Positions 34,669-47,675 of a stretch of 64,000 nucleotides of DNA are shown one piece after another (the first letter of the stretch is position 1; each line of letters begins with the position of its first letter). The notes under the pieces are model-generated. The model saw only the letters and a program-made list of their open reading frames with translations. It made no database searches and had not been told where the DNA came from. The position numbers and the translations under genes were made by a program. Source of the stretch: Burkholderiales bacterium (lineage in GTDB: Bacteria; Pseudomonadota; Gammaproteobacteria; Burkholderiales; SG8-39); the NCBI GenBank assembly GCA_035456405.1, contig DATIDG010000034.1:22151-86150 (forward strand). The letters run 5' to 3'.

Positions 34669-35589
34669 GTGGAGCTTTACCAACTGCGCGGCTTCGTGGT
34701 CGTCGCCGAGGTCGGAAACCTGACCCGGGCGGCCGAGCGGCTGCACCTCAGCCAGCCGGCGCTGAGCGCCCAGATCAAGTCCCTCGAGGACGAGCTGGGC
34801 GTGGCGCTGTTCGAGCGCTCCTCCAGCGGCATGGTCCTGACCGCCGGCGGCCGGCGGCTGCTCGCGGCGGCCGAGAAGGTGCTCGCCGCCGCCCAGTCGT
34901 TGCGCGCCGAGGCGCTGGCGCTGAAAGGGGCGGTCGCCGGCCGGGCGAGGATCGGGACGGTGTCCGATCCGGAGTTCATCCGGGTCGGGGAGCTCCTGAC
35001 GGTTGCGATGGAGCGCTACCCGCTGCTCCAGATCGAGCTGCATCAGGCGGTCAGCGGCGAGGCGTTCGAGCAGGTGAGGAGTGGCGAGCTCGATGCCAGT
35101 TTCTACTTCGGCACGCTCGCGCATCCGTCAGTCGCCGGCCTGCAGCTCGGCGAGACCGCCTATCGGGTCGTCGCTCCGGCACAGTGGTGCGACCGGCTTG
35201 CGAAAGCGGACTGGGCCGAGCTCGCCGCGATGCCATGGATCATGACCCCCTCGATCAGCACCCACAATCAGCTAGTGAGCGAGCTGTTCCTTGGGCGGGC
35301 CGTGGCGCCCACCCAGGTCGTCGTCGCCGACCAGGAGGCCGTGATCGCCACGCTCGTGGTGTCCGGTGTCGGGGTGGCGCTGATGCGCGAGGACCTGGCG
35401 CGCGAGAAGGAGGCGGCAGGCGAGGTGTGCCTGTGGCGCGACGTCCGCGTTGCGACGCCGCTCTGGTTCGTCCATCTGGCCGAGCGCGCGGACGATCCGG
35501 TGATTGCGGCCCTGCTCGAGGTCCTGCGGGAGATCTGGGGCGTGCGCGAGCCCGTAGCGGCGCCTGCGCGCCGTCCGGCGCGAAGCTAG
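34669..35589 (+). CDS. LysR-family transcriptional regulator
   Basis: N-terminal wHTH ([48 protein letters not shown]), then a substrate-binding domain. GTG start. Confidence 0.9.
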   Translation: MELYQLRGFVVVAEVGNLTRAAERLHLSQPALSAQIKSLEDELGVALFERSSSGMVLTAGGRRLLAAAEKVLAAAQSLRAEALALKGAVAGRARIGTVSDPEFIRVGELLTVAMERYPLLQIELHQAVSGEAFEQVRSGELDASFYFGTLAHPSVAGLQLGETAYRVVAPAQWCDRLAKADWAELAAMPWIMTPSISTHNQLVSELFLGRAVAPTQVVVADQEAVIATLVVSGVGVALMREDLAREKEAAGEVCLWRDVRVATPLWFVHLAERADDPVIAALLEVLREIWGVREPVAAPARRPARS

Positions 35590-35592
35590 AGC

Positions 35593-36888
35593 CTACGCTC
35601 GGCTGGCGAGCTTACCGTTGGCCTGGGTGAGGCGGTCGATCAGCACCCGCATGAACGCCTTCTGGAAGTTCACCTGGCAGGTAGAGCTCGCCACCTTGAG
35701 CGCGATCGACTTGATCTCGATCACCGTGATGTCGGTGAGCGCGGTGATGGTCGTGGTCCGCTGCGTGACCCGGTCGCTGAAGTAGAGCAGCTCGCCGAAG
35801 CAGCCGGCGCGGCGGATCGTGTTGATCGAGGTGCCGCCGATCGACACGTCGACCTTGCCCTCGATCAGGAGGAAGAAGCTCTCGCCGTGGTCGCCCTCGC
35901 GGATGATCACCGTCCCGCGCGGGATCTCGCGCCACTGGCTGATACGCAGCGCCTCCCACAGCGTGGCGTCGTCGAAGTCTTCGAAGAACGACAGGTTCTT
36001 CAGCTCCGTGAACTTGGCCGAATCCGAGATCGACTCGCCGGCGAGCCGCAGGGCGCCGAACGCCTTGGAGAGATCCTTGCCGAAGTCGATCCAGCTCTGG
36101 TAGCGGTTCGCTGCGTTCTTCTGCATCGCCTTGAGGCAGATCTCGTCCAGCAGGGCCGGGAGCTCGGGCCGCAGCTGCGACGGCGGCGGCGGGGTGACGT
36201 TGAGGATCTCGTAGGTGAGCGAGAGCTGGTTGGAGGCGTTGAACGGCAGGCGCCCGGTCAGGAGCTTGTACATCACCACGCCCAGCGAGTAGATGTCGGT
36301 GTGGTGCGTGGCGTCCTCGAGCCGGATCTGCTCGGGCGACATGTAGGCGGGCGAGCCGATCCCGGTGAGCTGGGTCGTGTCCTGCGCGAGCTGCTCCTGG
36401 AACGACGCGCCGAAGTCGCTGACCTTGATCTCGCCCTCGGGGCTGTAGAGGATGTTGCCGGGCTTGATGTCGCGGTGGATCACGCCCAACTGGAACGCGT
36501 AGTCGAGCGCCCGGATGCACTTGAAGATGACCTCGACCACCTTCGAGAGGGGGAGGAGGGTGTCGATCTCGCTGTACGCCTCGAGCGTCGTGCCCTTGAC
36601 GTACTCCATCACGATGTAGCTGTACTCGGGTTCGCTGACCGCGTCGTAGATCTCGACGATGTGCGGGTGGTTGAGCCGCCCGGCGAGGGCGGCCTCGGCG
36701 AGAAAGCCCTTGCGCAGCAGCTTCGCGGTCTGCTCGCGGACGCTTTCCTCGAAGAAGAACACCTTGATCGCGACGTCGCGGTCGGCGAACGGGTCGCGCC
36801 CGAGGTAGACGCGGCTGGTGGCGCCCCGCCCGATCTCCTGCGCGATCGGGTACTTGCCGATGCGCCATTCGAGCTCGAACTTCATCAT
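35593..36888 (-). CDS. Hanks-type Ser/Thr protein kinase fused to a C-terminal cyclic-nucleotide-binding domain
   Basis: GRGATSRVY loop, VAIK, HRDIKPGNIL, DFG and SPAYMSPE. A cNMP domain follows (FFEDFDD...IIREGDHGESFFLLIEGKV...FGELLYFSD..RTTTITA). Confidence 0.85.
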   Translation of the reverse strand: MMKFELEWRIGKYPIAQEIGRGATSRVYLGRDPFADRDVAIKVFFFEESVREQTAKLLRKGFLAEAALAGRLNHPHIVEIYDAVSEPEYSYIVMEYVKGTTLEAYSEIDTLLPLSKVVEVIFKCIRALDYAFQLGVIHRDIKPGNILYSPEGEIKVSDFGASFQEQLAQDTTQLTGIGSPAYMSPEQIRLEDATHHTDIYSLGVVMYKLLTGRLPFNASNQLSLTYEILNVTPPPPSQLRPELPALLDEICLKAMQKNAANRYQSWIDFGKDLSKAFGALRLAGESISDSAKFTELKNLSFFEDFDDATLWEALRISQWREIPRGTVIIREGDHGESFFLLIEGKVDVSIGGTSINTIRRAGCFGELLYFSDRVTQRTTTITALTDITVIEIKSIALKVASSTCQVNFQKAFMRVLIDRLTQANGKLASRA

Positions 36889-36963
36889 TCCGAAGGATTT
36901 TTTCGTCGACCAACGAGTTTAGCCCAAGCGCGTCGGCCGGCCCATCGACCGCTTGCGGCGAGG

Positions 36964-36992
36964 CTTGAAAAAACCGGCACTTGTCCACATAA
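36964..36992 (+). promoter_or_regulatory. Sigma-32 (RpoH) heat-shock promoter candidate for clpB
   Basis: CTTGAAA, a 14-nt spacer, then CCACATAA. This matches the CTTGAAA-N13-15-CCCCATNT consensus and lies about 35 nt upstream of the clpB ATG. Confidence 0.6.
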
Positions 36993-37024
36993 CTGGTAGC
37001 AGTATCGACAAGAGGAGTTCGCTC

Positions 37025-39628
<2,604 letters not shown>

Positions 39629-39922
39629 CTGCACGCGGCGCCCAGCCGCTTGACATCACCCGGGCGATCCCATATACACGCGGCTTGAGCGTGGGTGGGT
39701 AGAAGCGGTCAGCCGGGCCGTCGACGGCGCAATGCCGGGGCGGTCCGGTCGGAGATTGCTAACAGGCGTAGGCTTGCGCCGTGCGCGATCCTGACCGGGA
39801 GCTTCCCATGTCGCGATCTCTCCTGCTGCCGAGACAAGAACGAGCAGGACCGCCGGTGCCGGCGGGCAGCCTGCCGCTGCAACTCCATTTGCTCTGCAAA
39901 CCTTTCTTCGAGGAGGGTAGCC

Positions 39923-40894
39923 ATGTTCGACCGCTTCATCAGGGTTCTTGCATTCGTCCTGGCCGCGCTGCCGTTCGCAGCTCAGGCTCAGGACAAAGTG
40001 ACCTTCCTGACCAGCTGGTACGCACAGGCCGAGCACGGCGGGTTCTACCAGGCGCTCGCCAAGGGCCTTTACAAGCAGCACGGCCTCGACGTCACGGTCA
40101 GGATGGGCGGCCCGCAGGTGAACGGCATGCAGTTGATGATGGCGGGCCAGGCCGACATGCACATGGGCTATGACTTCCAGGTCCTCAAGTCGATCGAGCA
40201 GGGCCTGACGCCGGTGACCGTTGCGACGTCGTTCCAGCACGACCTGCAGGGCCTCATGACGCACGACGACGTCAAGAGTCTCGGCGACCTCAAGGGCAAG
40301 ACCATCCTCGTCGCGACGGCCGGCCGGAGCTCGTGGTGGCCGTGGATGAGGCAGAAGTACGGCTACGCCGAGGAGCAGACGCGCCCGTACACGTTCAACC
40401 TTCAGCCGTTCTTCGCCGACAGGAACATCGCGCAGCAGGCGTACATGTCCTCCGAGCCTTTCCAGGCAGAGAGGAACGGCACCAAGGCGAAGTTCTTCCT
40501 GTTCGCGCGCGACGGCTTCCCGCCGTACGGCACGACCATCGTCGCGACGCAGAAGATCGTGAAGGAGCGGCCGGACGTGGTGCAGCGCTTCGTGCGCGCT
40601 TCGATGGAGGGGTGGAAGAGCTACATCCAGGATCCGGCGGCCGCGAACGAGCTGATCAAGAAGGACAACCCGAACATGAAGGACGACCAGCTCGCGTACG
40701 CGCTCGCGAAGCTGAAGGAGCAGAACCTGATTACCGGCGGCGACGCGGCGAAGATGGGCATCGGCGTGATGACCGACGAGCGCTGGAAGAAGACGCATGA
40801 GTACATGGTCTCGGCCGGGCTGCTGGCGCCGAACGTCGACGTCCGGCAGGCGTATACGACGCAGTTCGTGAAGGACCTGAAGGTCATGCCGTGA
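39923..40894 (+). CDS. ABC transporter periplasmic substrate-binding protein, NMT1/THI5 (NitT/TauT) type
   Basis: RBS GAGGAGGG and a signal peptide ending AQA-QD. TSWYAQAEHGGFY motif. Confidence 0.85.
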   Translation: MFDRFIRVLAFVLAALPFAAQAQDKVTFLTSWYAQAEHGGFYQALAKGLYKQHGLDVTVRMGGPQVNGMQLMMAGQADMHMGYDFQVLKSIEQGLTPVTVATSFQHDLQGLMTHDDVKSLGDLKGKTILVATAGRSSWWPWMRQKYGYAEEQTRPYTFNLQPFFADRNIAQQAYMSSEPFQAERNGTKAKFFLFARDGFPPYGTTIVATQKIVKERPDVVQRFVRASMEGWKSYIQDPAAANELIKKDNPNMKDDQLAYALAKLKEQNLITGGDAAKMGIGVMTDERWKKTHEYMVSAGLLAPNVDVRQAYTTQFVKDLKVMP

Positions 40895-40991
40895 GGGGCG
40901 GGGCGGCCGGCGCGCGCGCCGCCCGCCCCGTCGCGAACGCCGCGCAGGAACCGCCGCGCCCCGGGTTCCAGCGCGGGGCCGGGAATCCTTC

Positions 40992-41813
40992 ATGTCAGCC
41001 ATCGCAATGCCTCCTAGGGTCGCGTCGGCCGCGGACCCGGTCGTCGACATCCGCGGCGCGGACAAGGTCTTTGCCAACGGCACCCGGGCGCTCAGCCCGG
41101 TCGATCTGACGATACGGGGCGGCGAGTTCATCACGCTGCTCGGACCGTCGGGCTGCGGGAAGTCGACGCTGCTCAAGATCATCGCGAACCTGCTGACGCC
41201 GTCGTCCGGACAGCTCAGCTGGTGGCGGAGCGGCTTCGACCACGTCGGCGAGCCCGGCAAGAAGCTGGTGATGGTGTTCCAGGACGCGACGCTCATGCCG
41301 TGGGCGCGCGTGCAGCGCAACGTCCGCCTGCCGCTCGACCTCGCGCGGATGTCCCGGGCCGAAGCCGACGCACGCGTCGCCGACGCCCTTTCGCTTGTCG
41401 GCCTGACCGGCTTCGAGGCGAACTATCCGCGGCAGCTGTCGGGCGGGATGCAGATGAGAGTCTCGATCGCGCGTGCGCTCGTGACGGAGCCGAACCTGCT
41501 GCTCATGGACGAGCCGTTCGGCGCGCTCGACGAGATCACCCGCAACAGGCTGGACGCCGACCTCATCCAGCTCTGGTGGAAGAAGAAGCTCACGGTCGTC
41601 TTCGTCACGCACAGCATCTACGAAGCGATCTTCCTCTCGACGCGCGTCGTGGTGATGGCGGCGCGGCCGGGGCGAGTGCTGAAGGACGTGGTGATCGACG
41701 AACCGCACCCGCGGACTGAGGCATTCCGGGTGACGCAGAAGTTCGCCGCGTACGCGAAGAGCCTGTCCGGGCTCCTCGCGGAAGCGAGCGCCAAGGGGAC
41801 GACCGACCTGTGA
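40992..41813 (+). CDS. ABC transporter ATP-binding protein (NitT/TauT family)
   Basis: GPSGCGKST, LSGGMQMRVSIARAL, LLLMDEPFGALD. Confidence 0.9.
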   Translation: MSAIAMPPRVASAADPVVDIRGADKVFANGTRALSPVDLTIRGGEFITLLGPSGCGKSTLLKIIANLLTPSSGQLSWWRSGFDHVGEPGKKLVMVFQDATLMPWARVQRNVRLPLDLARMSRAEADARVADALSLVGLTGFEANYPRQLSGGMQMRVSIARALVTEPNLLLMDEPFGALDEITRNRLDADLIQLWWKKKLTVVFVTHSIYEAIFLSTRVVVMAARPGRVLKDVVIDEPHPRTEAFRVTQKFAAYAKSLSGLLAEASAKGTTDL

Positions 41814-42595
41814 GCGAACGCCTCATGAAGTGGTTCGCGCCGCTCGCCGTGGGCGTCCTCGTGCTGGTCCTCTGGCACGTGCTGGTGAAAGTCTTCGACG
41901 TACCGAAGTTCCTCGTCCCAGGACCGCTCGTGGTGCTGCAGACGCTGGTCGCGGACTGGAGCCTCCTCTTCAACTCGCTCCTGGTCACGCTCAAGATCAC
42001 CTTCGGCGCGTTCTTCCTTGCGGTGGTGATCGGCACGACGGTCGCGTTCCTGTTCGTCCAGAGCCGCTGGGTCGAGATGAGCCTCTTCCCCTACGCAGTG
42101 CTGCTCCAGGTGACCCCGATCGTGGCGATCGCGCCGCTCATCATCATCTGGGTCAAGGAGCCGACCCTGGCGCTCATCGTCTGCGCCACGATCGTCGCTC
42201 TGTTCCCGATCATCTCCAACACGATACTGGGCCTGCGCAGCGTGAACCCCGGCCTGGTCAACCTGTTCCGCATGAACAAGGCCACCCGCTGGCAGACGCT
42301 CACCCAGCTGCGCATTCCGTCGGCCGCGCCGTACTTCTTCGGCGGTCTGCGCATCTCGTCTGGCCTCGCCTTGATCGGCGCAGTCGTGGCCGAGTTCGTC
42401 GCCGGCACGGGCGGCACCGGTGCAGGGCTCGCCTACCAGATCCTGCAAGCGGGCTACCAGATCAACATCCCGCGTCTGTTCGCCGCGCTGCTCATGATCA
42501 CGGTGACCGGCGTGGCCCTGTTCCTGCTGATGGTGTTCCTGTCCAAGCTTGCGCTCGCGAGCTGGCACGAATCGGAAGTGGTCCACGAAACCTAG
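41810..42595 (+). CDS. ABC transporter permease (NitT/TauT family)
   Basis: Six-TM protein with an EAA-like loop (RSVNPGLVNLFRMNKATRWQ). Overlaps the ATPase gene stop. Confidence 0.9.
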   Translation: MSERLMKWFAPLAVGVLVLVLWHVLVKVFDVPKFLVPGPLVVLQTLVADWSLLFNSLLVTLKITFGAFFLAVVIGTTVAFLFVQSRWVEMSLFPYAVLLQVTPIVAIAPLIIIWVKEPTLALIVCATIVALFPIISNTILGLRSVNPGLVNLFRMNKATRWQTLTQLRIPSAAPYFFGGLRISSGLALIGAVVAEFVAGTGGTGAGLAYQILQAGYQINIPRLFAALLMITVTGVALFLLMVFLSKLALASWHESEVVHET

Positions 42596-43957
42596 ATGCT
42601 CCTCCGGAACGCCACCGCGATCATGACCGGCCTCCCCGGGGACGAAGCCCGCGCGGCGGGGCGCGACCTGCGCATCGACCCGAACGGCCGCATCGAGGCG
42701 ATCGGCATGCTCGCGCCGGGGGCGGGCGAGCAGGTGGTCGATGCGACCGATTGCGTCGTGTACCCGGGCTGGGTCAACACGCATCACCACCTCGCACAGT
42801 CGGTCCTCAAGGGCGTGCCGGCGGGCATCAACCTGCCGCTGCTCGGCTGGCTCGATGCCGTGCCGTACCGCTATCGCCACCGCTTCGACGCGGAGCTGCT
42901 CGCGATCGCGGCGGAGGTCGGGCTCACCGAGCTCATGCTGTCGGGTTGCACGACGACGGCGGATCACCATTACGTCTACTGGCCCGGTATGGCCTACGAC
43001 CCGGCGCAGCTGTACTTCGACCTCACGGCGCGGCTGGGAATCCGGTTCGTTCTGTGTCGCGGCGGCGCGACCGTGAAGCGGGCGTTCGAGTCGGACGACC
43101 CGAACGCGCTCCAGCCCGAGACGCTCGACGCGATCGTCGGCGACGTCGAGCGGCTCGTCGGCGCCTACCACGATCCCGGTCCCGAGGCGATGCGCCGCAT
43201 CGTGCTCGCGCCGGCGACCCCGACCTGGTCGCTGCGCCCGGAAGAGCTGAAGCCCGCGGTGCGCGCGGCGCGCAGGCTTGGGATCCGCACGCACAGCCAC
43301 CTGTCGGAGACCGCCGACTACGTCGCATTCTGCCGCGAGCAGCACGCCCGGAGGCCAGTCGAGTTCATGGCCGAGCACGAATGGCTCGGAGCCGACGTCT
43401 GGTTCGCGCACATGGTGCATCTCTCCGAGTCCGAGGTCCGGCTCGTCGCTGAGACCGGCACCGGGATCGCGCACTGCCCCGCCTCGAACTGCCGGCTCGG
43501 AAGCGGCGTCGCCCCGGTGCCGGAGCTTGCCCGCGCCGGCGCACCCGTGTCGATCGGCGTGGACGGCGCCGCGTCGAACGAATCCGCCGACTTCATTTCC
43601 GAAGCGCACATCTGCTGGTACACCCATCGCGCGGTGAAGGGCGCCGCCGCGGTGACCGTCGAGGACGTGATCCACTGGGGCACGCGCGGCGGTGCACGCG
43701 TGCTCGGCATCGACAACATCGGCACGCTCGAGGTCGGCCGCGCCGCGGACCTCGCCGTGTACTCGCTCGACCAGCCGCGTTATGCGGGTCTGCACGACCC
43801 GGCGATTGGTCCGGTCGCGAGCAGCGGCAGGCCGCGTCTGCGACTGCTCACCGTGCAGGGGCGCGTGGTGGTCGAGAACGACGCGATTCCCGGTCAGGAC
43901 CTGCCGCGGTTGCTCGCCCGCGCGCGCGAGGCCGTGCGGAAGCTCTCGGATGGCTGA
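42596..43957 (+). CDS. Metal-dependent amidohydrolase, 8-oxoguanine deaminase / chlorohydrolase-like
   Basis: PGWVNTHHHLAQS (HxH), THSHLSET, and VSIGVDGAASNES (Asp). Starts immediately after the permease stop. Confidence 0.85.
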   Translation: MLLRNATAIMTGLPGDEARAAGRDLRIDPNGRIEAIGMLAPGAGEQVVDATDCVVYPGWVNTHHHLAQSVLKGVPAGINLPLLGWLDAVPYRYRHRFDAELLAIAAEVGLTELMLSGCTTTADHHYVYWPGMAYDPAQLYFDLTARLGIRFVLCRGGATVKRAFESDDPNALQPETLDAIVGDVERLVGAYHDPGPEAMRRIVLAPATPTWSLRPEELKPAVRAARRLGIRTHSHLSETADYVAFCREQHARRPVEFMAEHEWLGADVWFAHMVHLSESEVRLVAETGTGIAHCPASNCRLGSGVAPVPELARAGAPVSIGVDGAASNESADFISEAHICWYTHRAVKGAAAVTVEDVIHWGTRGGARVLGIDNIGTLEVGRAADLAVYSLDQPRYAGLHDPAIGPVASSGRPRLRLLTVQGRVVVENDAIPGQDLPRLLARAREAVRKLSDG

Positions 43958-44056
43958 GATGAAACCGATGCCGCAGGCATCGCTTTCCCCGACTTCGGGG
44001 CGCACGAGGGGGCGACGCGCAGCGGCTTTGCCCCCTCGTGTCGTTCGCACCTGATC

Positions 44057-44920
44057 ATGCGACGCTTCGAGTACCACGAGCCTGCCACGCTCGACGAGGC
44101 CGTCGCGCTGCTGGGGCGCTTCGGGGACGAGGCGAGCCTACTCGCGGGCGGCACGGATCTGCTGGTCGAGATCAGGGAACACGTACACTGGCCGCGGCAG
44201 GTCGTCAACATCAAGAAGATCCAGGGCATCGCCGCGCTCGGCTACGACGAGCGGGCCGGCCTGCGCTTCGGCGCGCTTGTCACCGCGCGCGAGATCGAGA
44301 CCTCGCCCGTGGTGCTCGAGAAGTACCCCGGGCTTGCGCAGGCGGCGCGCGAGCTCGGCTCGATCCAGGTCCGCAATCGCGCGACGATCGTCGGCAACGT
44401 CTGCCGCGCGTCACCCTCTGCGGACACGCTGCCGCCGCTGATCGCCGACGGCGCGACGGTGAAGGTCTACGGACCTGCCGGCGAGCGCACGGTCGCGCTC
44501 GAGGCGTTCTTCACCGGTCCCGGCACGACCCTGCTCGGACCCGGTGAGCTGGTGACGGAGATCGCTGTGCCGCCCCCGCCGCCGCGCACCGGCAAGCACT
44601 ACATCAAGCACGGCCGCCGCAAGGCAATGGAGCTCGCGACCGTCGGGGTCGGTGTGACGCTCACGCTCGACGGCGGGGCGTGCCGCGAGATCCGGATCGC
44701 GCTCGGCGCGGTCGCGCCCACGCCGATCCGGGCGCGGAATGCCGAGGACGCGCTGCGTGGGCGCGCGCTCGACGGCGCGGGGATCGAGGCGGCGGCGCGG
44801 ATCGCAATGGACGAGTGCCGGCCGATCAGCAACGTGCGGGGGAGCGCGGAGTACCGGCGCGATATGGTCGGCGTGCTCACGCAGCGCGCGATCCGGCAGG
44901 CGATGGAGGCGGTGCGATGA
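44057..44920 (+). CDS. Molybdenum hydroxylase (xanthine dehydrogenase family) FAD-binding medium subunit
   Basis: CoxM/XdhB-like: LLAGGTDLLVEIRE, GNVCRASPSADT, RGSAEYRRDM. Confidence 0.9.
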   Translation: MRRFEYHEPATLDEAVALLGRFGDEASLLAGGTDLLVEIREHVHWPRQVVNIKKIQGIAALGYDERAGLRFGALVTAREIETSPVVLEKYPGLAQAARELGSIQVRNRATIVGNVCRASPSADTLPPLIADGATVKVYGPAGERTVALEAFFTGPGTTLLGPGELVTEIAVPPPPPRTGKHYIKHGRRKAMELATVGVGVTLTLDGGACREIRIALGAVAPTPIRARNAEDALRGRALDGAGIEAAARIAMDECRPISNVRGSAEYRRDMVGVLTQRAIRQAMEAVR

Positions 44921-45405
44921 AGCGGGTCGTCGAGGTCACGATCAACGGCGAGCGCCACGAGCTCGCGCTCGAGCCTTACCGCAGTCTGCTCGACGTGCTG
45001 CGCAACGAGGTCGGCCTGACCGGGACGAAGAAGGGCTGCGACGTCGGCGATTGTGGCGCGTGCACCGTGCTGCTCGACGGGAAGCCGGTCAACTCCTGCC
45101 TGGTGCTGGGCGTCGAGGTCGCCGGCTGCGACATCGTGACGATCGAGGGTCTGCAGCCCGACCCGGAGCGCCTGCACCCGCTGCAGGAGAGCTTCATGAA
45201 GCACGGCGGTGCGCAGTGCGGCTTCTGCACGCCGGGCTTCGTCATGATGGCCAAGGCGCTTCTCGATGAGAACCCCAACCCGACCGAGGAGGAGATCCGC
45301 TTCGGCATCGCGGGCAACATCTGCCGCTGCACCGGCTACACGAGGATCGTGACGGCGATCCAGGAGGCCGCAAAAGAGCTGAGCGAGGGAAGGAGCCCCG
45401 CGTGA
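44917..45405 (+). CDS. Molybdenum hydroxylase [2Fe-2S] small subunit
   Basis: ATGA overlap. Cluster motifs CDVGDCGACTV and QCGFCTPG...CRCTGY. Confidence 0.9.
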   Translation: MKRVVEVTINGERHELALEPYRSLLDVLRNEVGLTGTKKGCDVGDCGACTVLLDGKPVNSCLVLGVEVAGCDIVTIEGLQPDPERLHPLQESFMKHGGAQCGFCTPGFVMMAKALLDENPNPTEEEIRFGIAGNICRCTGYTRIVTAIQEAAKELSEGRSPA

Positions 45406-47675
45406 ACGTCGTCGGCACGAGCGTCAAGCGCACCGACATCATCGGGAAGGTCACCGGCACCGCACAGTACGCGGGCGACGTGAAGCTCGCGGGGATGCTG
45501 CACGGGAAGATCAAGCGCAGCACGGTCGCGCACGCCAACATCAAGCGCATCGACATCAGCCGAGCGGTCGCATTCCCGGGCGTGAAGGCCGTGCTTACGC
45601 ACGAGAACGTCCCGCGCGTGCTGCACTACGGCTCGCCGCATCCGCGCTCGGCGTCGGTGACGTGCGACCAGTACATCCTCGACCGGAAAGTGCGCTACTG
45701 GGGCGAAGGGGTGGCCGCCGTCGCGGCGGTGAGCGAGGAGATCGCCGAGGAGGTGCTCGACCTCATCGACGTCGAATACGAGCCGCTGCCCGGCGTGTTC
45801 ACGGTCGAGGCGGCGCAGGCGTCCGGCGCCCCGGTGATCCACGAAACGGGGTATGCCAACAACCTGCTGTTCAAGCCCGTCGTGGTGACGCGCGGCGACG
45901 TCGCGAAGGGCTTCGCGCAGGCCGACCTGATCATCGAGGGCGAGTACGAGACCGGACGTCCGACGCCCGCGTACATGGAGCCCAACGTCTGCGTCTGCCA
46001 ATGGGACAACACCGGTAAGCTCACGGTGTGGGTATCGACCCAGACCGCGTTCATGGTGCGCGGGATCCTCGCCGAGGTGCTCGGCCTGCCGCTCCACAAG
46101 GTGCGGGTCCTCGTGGATCACATGGGCGGCGGCTTCGGGGCCAAGCAGGATCTCTTTCAGCACGAGTTCCTGTGCGCGCTGCTCGCCAAGGAGACGCGCC
46201 ATCCGGTGCGGATGGAGTACACGCGCGGCGAGACCTTCGTCGGCGGGCGTTCGCGCCACCCGTGCAAGATCTGGCTCAGGCAGGGCTTCAGGAAGGACGG
46301 CACGGTCGTCGCGCGCGAGGCGCGCATGACCTACAACAGCGGGGCGTACGGCTCGCACGGCCCCGGCGTCACGATCGTCGGGACGAGCGCGCTCACCTCG
46401 CTCTACCGCTGCGAGAACGTCCATCTCGAGGGACGGTGCGTGTATACCAACACGCCGATCGCCGGCGCCTACCGCGGCTACGGTGTGGTGCAGACCTACT
46501 ATGCGCTCGACATACAGATGGACGAGGCCGCCGCACGGCTCGGCATGGACCCCGTCGAGCTGAAGCTCAGGAACGCGGTGCGCGAGGGCGACCTCGCGCC
46601 GTCCGGGCACCCGATCGTCGGCCACGGCTTGGAGGACTGCATCCGGCGCGGCGCGCAGGAGGCCGGCTGGGAGCAGCTCCGTCGTCGACCGCACGAGCCG
46701 GACGGCACGTTCCGCCGCGGCTGGGGCATGGGATGCGAGATGCACGGCTCCAGCGCCTACCCCGGCATCAAGGAGCAGGGCAACGCGATCGTCAAGATGA
46801 ACGAGGACGGCACGGCGGTCCTGCTGACCGGCGCGGCCGGGCTCGGCACGGGCGCACACACCGCGCTCGCGCAGATCGTCGCCGAGGAGCTGGGTTTGCG
46901 GTTCGACGACGTGGCGGTGGTGCACGGCGACACCGACATCGTGCCGTGGGACATCGGGGCGTTCGCGAGCCACACGACGTTCATGGTCGGGCGCGCGGCA
47001 CAGATGGCGGCGAGCGAGGTGAAGAGGCAGCTGCTCCAGCGCGTGGGCGAGCAGATCGAGGTGGCTCCCGAGGATCTCGAGGTCCGCGACAGCGTGATCG
47101 CGGTGCGCGGCGTCGCCGCAAAGCGCATGACCGTGCGCGAGGCGATGGGCCCGAAGCCCGGCATCCCGGCGGCGAACCTGGTGGGCAACGGCACGTACAC
47201 GCCGACCAAGTCCTACTCGTTCGCCGCGCACTTCGTCGAGGTGCAGGTGGACACCGGAACAGGCCAGATCGACGTGCTGCAGGTGGTGCCGGTGCACGAG
47301 GTCGGCAAGGTCGTGCATCCGGTCGCGGCCGCCGGGCAGATCGAGGGCGGCATCCAGCAGGGCATCGGTCACACCCTGACGGAGGACTACATCGTCGATC
47401 TCACGAACGGCCGCTCGCTGAACGCCGGATTCGTCGACTACAAGATGCCGCTGTCGATGGACATGCCGCCGATCAGGACTATCATCCTGGAGACTGCGCC
47501 CGACCCGGGCGGCCCATACGGCGCGAAGGGCATCGGCGAGGATCCGATCATCGCCATCGGTCCGGCAATCGCCAACGCGATATACGACGCGGTCGGCGTG
47601 CGTTTCCGCCACTTCCCGATTACGCCAGAGCAGGTCCTCGCCGCGCTGAAGGACAAGACGAATGCAGATGCCTGA
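45402..47675 (+). CDS. Molybdenum hydroxylase molybdopterin-binding large subunit
   Basis: 757 aa. GTGA overlap. [15 protein letters not shown] and [18 protein letters not shown] motifs of the aldehyde oxidase/xanthine dehydrogenase family. Confidence 0.9.
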   Translation: MNVVGTSVKRTDIIGKVTGTAQYAGDVKLAGMLHGKIKRSTVAHANIKRIDISRAVAFPGVKAVLTHENVPRVLHYGSPHPRSASVTCDQYILDRKVRYWGEGVAAVAAVSEEIAEEVLDLIDVEYEPLPGVFTVEAAQASGAPVIHETGYANNLLFKPVVVTRGDVAKGFAQADLIIEGEYETGRPTPAYMEPNVCVCQWDNTGKLTVWVSTQTAFMVRGILAEVLGLPLHKVRVLVDHMGGGFGAKQDLFQHEFLCALLAKETRHPVRMEYTRGETFVGGRSRHPCKIWLRQGFRKDGTVVAREARMTYNSGAYGSHGPGVTIVGTSALTSLYRCENVHLEGRCVYTNTPIAGAYRGYGVVQTYYALDIQMDEAAARLGMDPVELKLRNAVREGDLAPSGHPIVGHGLEDCIRRGAQEAGWEQLRRRPHEPDGTFRRGWGMGCEMHGSSAYPGIKEQGNAIVKMNEDGTAVLLTGAAGLGTGAHTALAQIVAEELGLRFDDVAVVHGDTDIVPWDIGAFASHTTFMVGRAAQMAASEVKRQLLQRVGEQIEVAPEDLEVRDSVIAVRGVAAKRMTVREAMGPKPGIPAANLVGNGTYTPTKSYSFAAHFVEVQVDTGTGQIDVLQVVPVHEVGKVVHPVAAAGQIEGGIQQGIGHTLTEDYIVDLTNGRSLNAGFVDYKMPLSMDMPPIRTIILETAPDPGGPYGAKGIGEDPIIAIGPAIANAIYDAVGVRFRHFPITPEQVLAALKDKTNADA

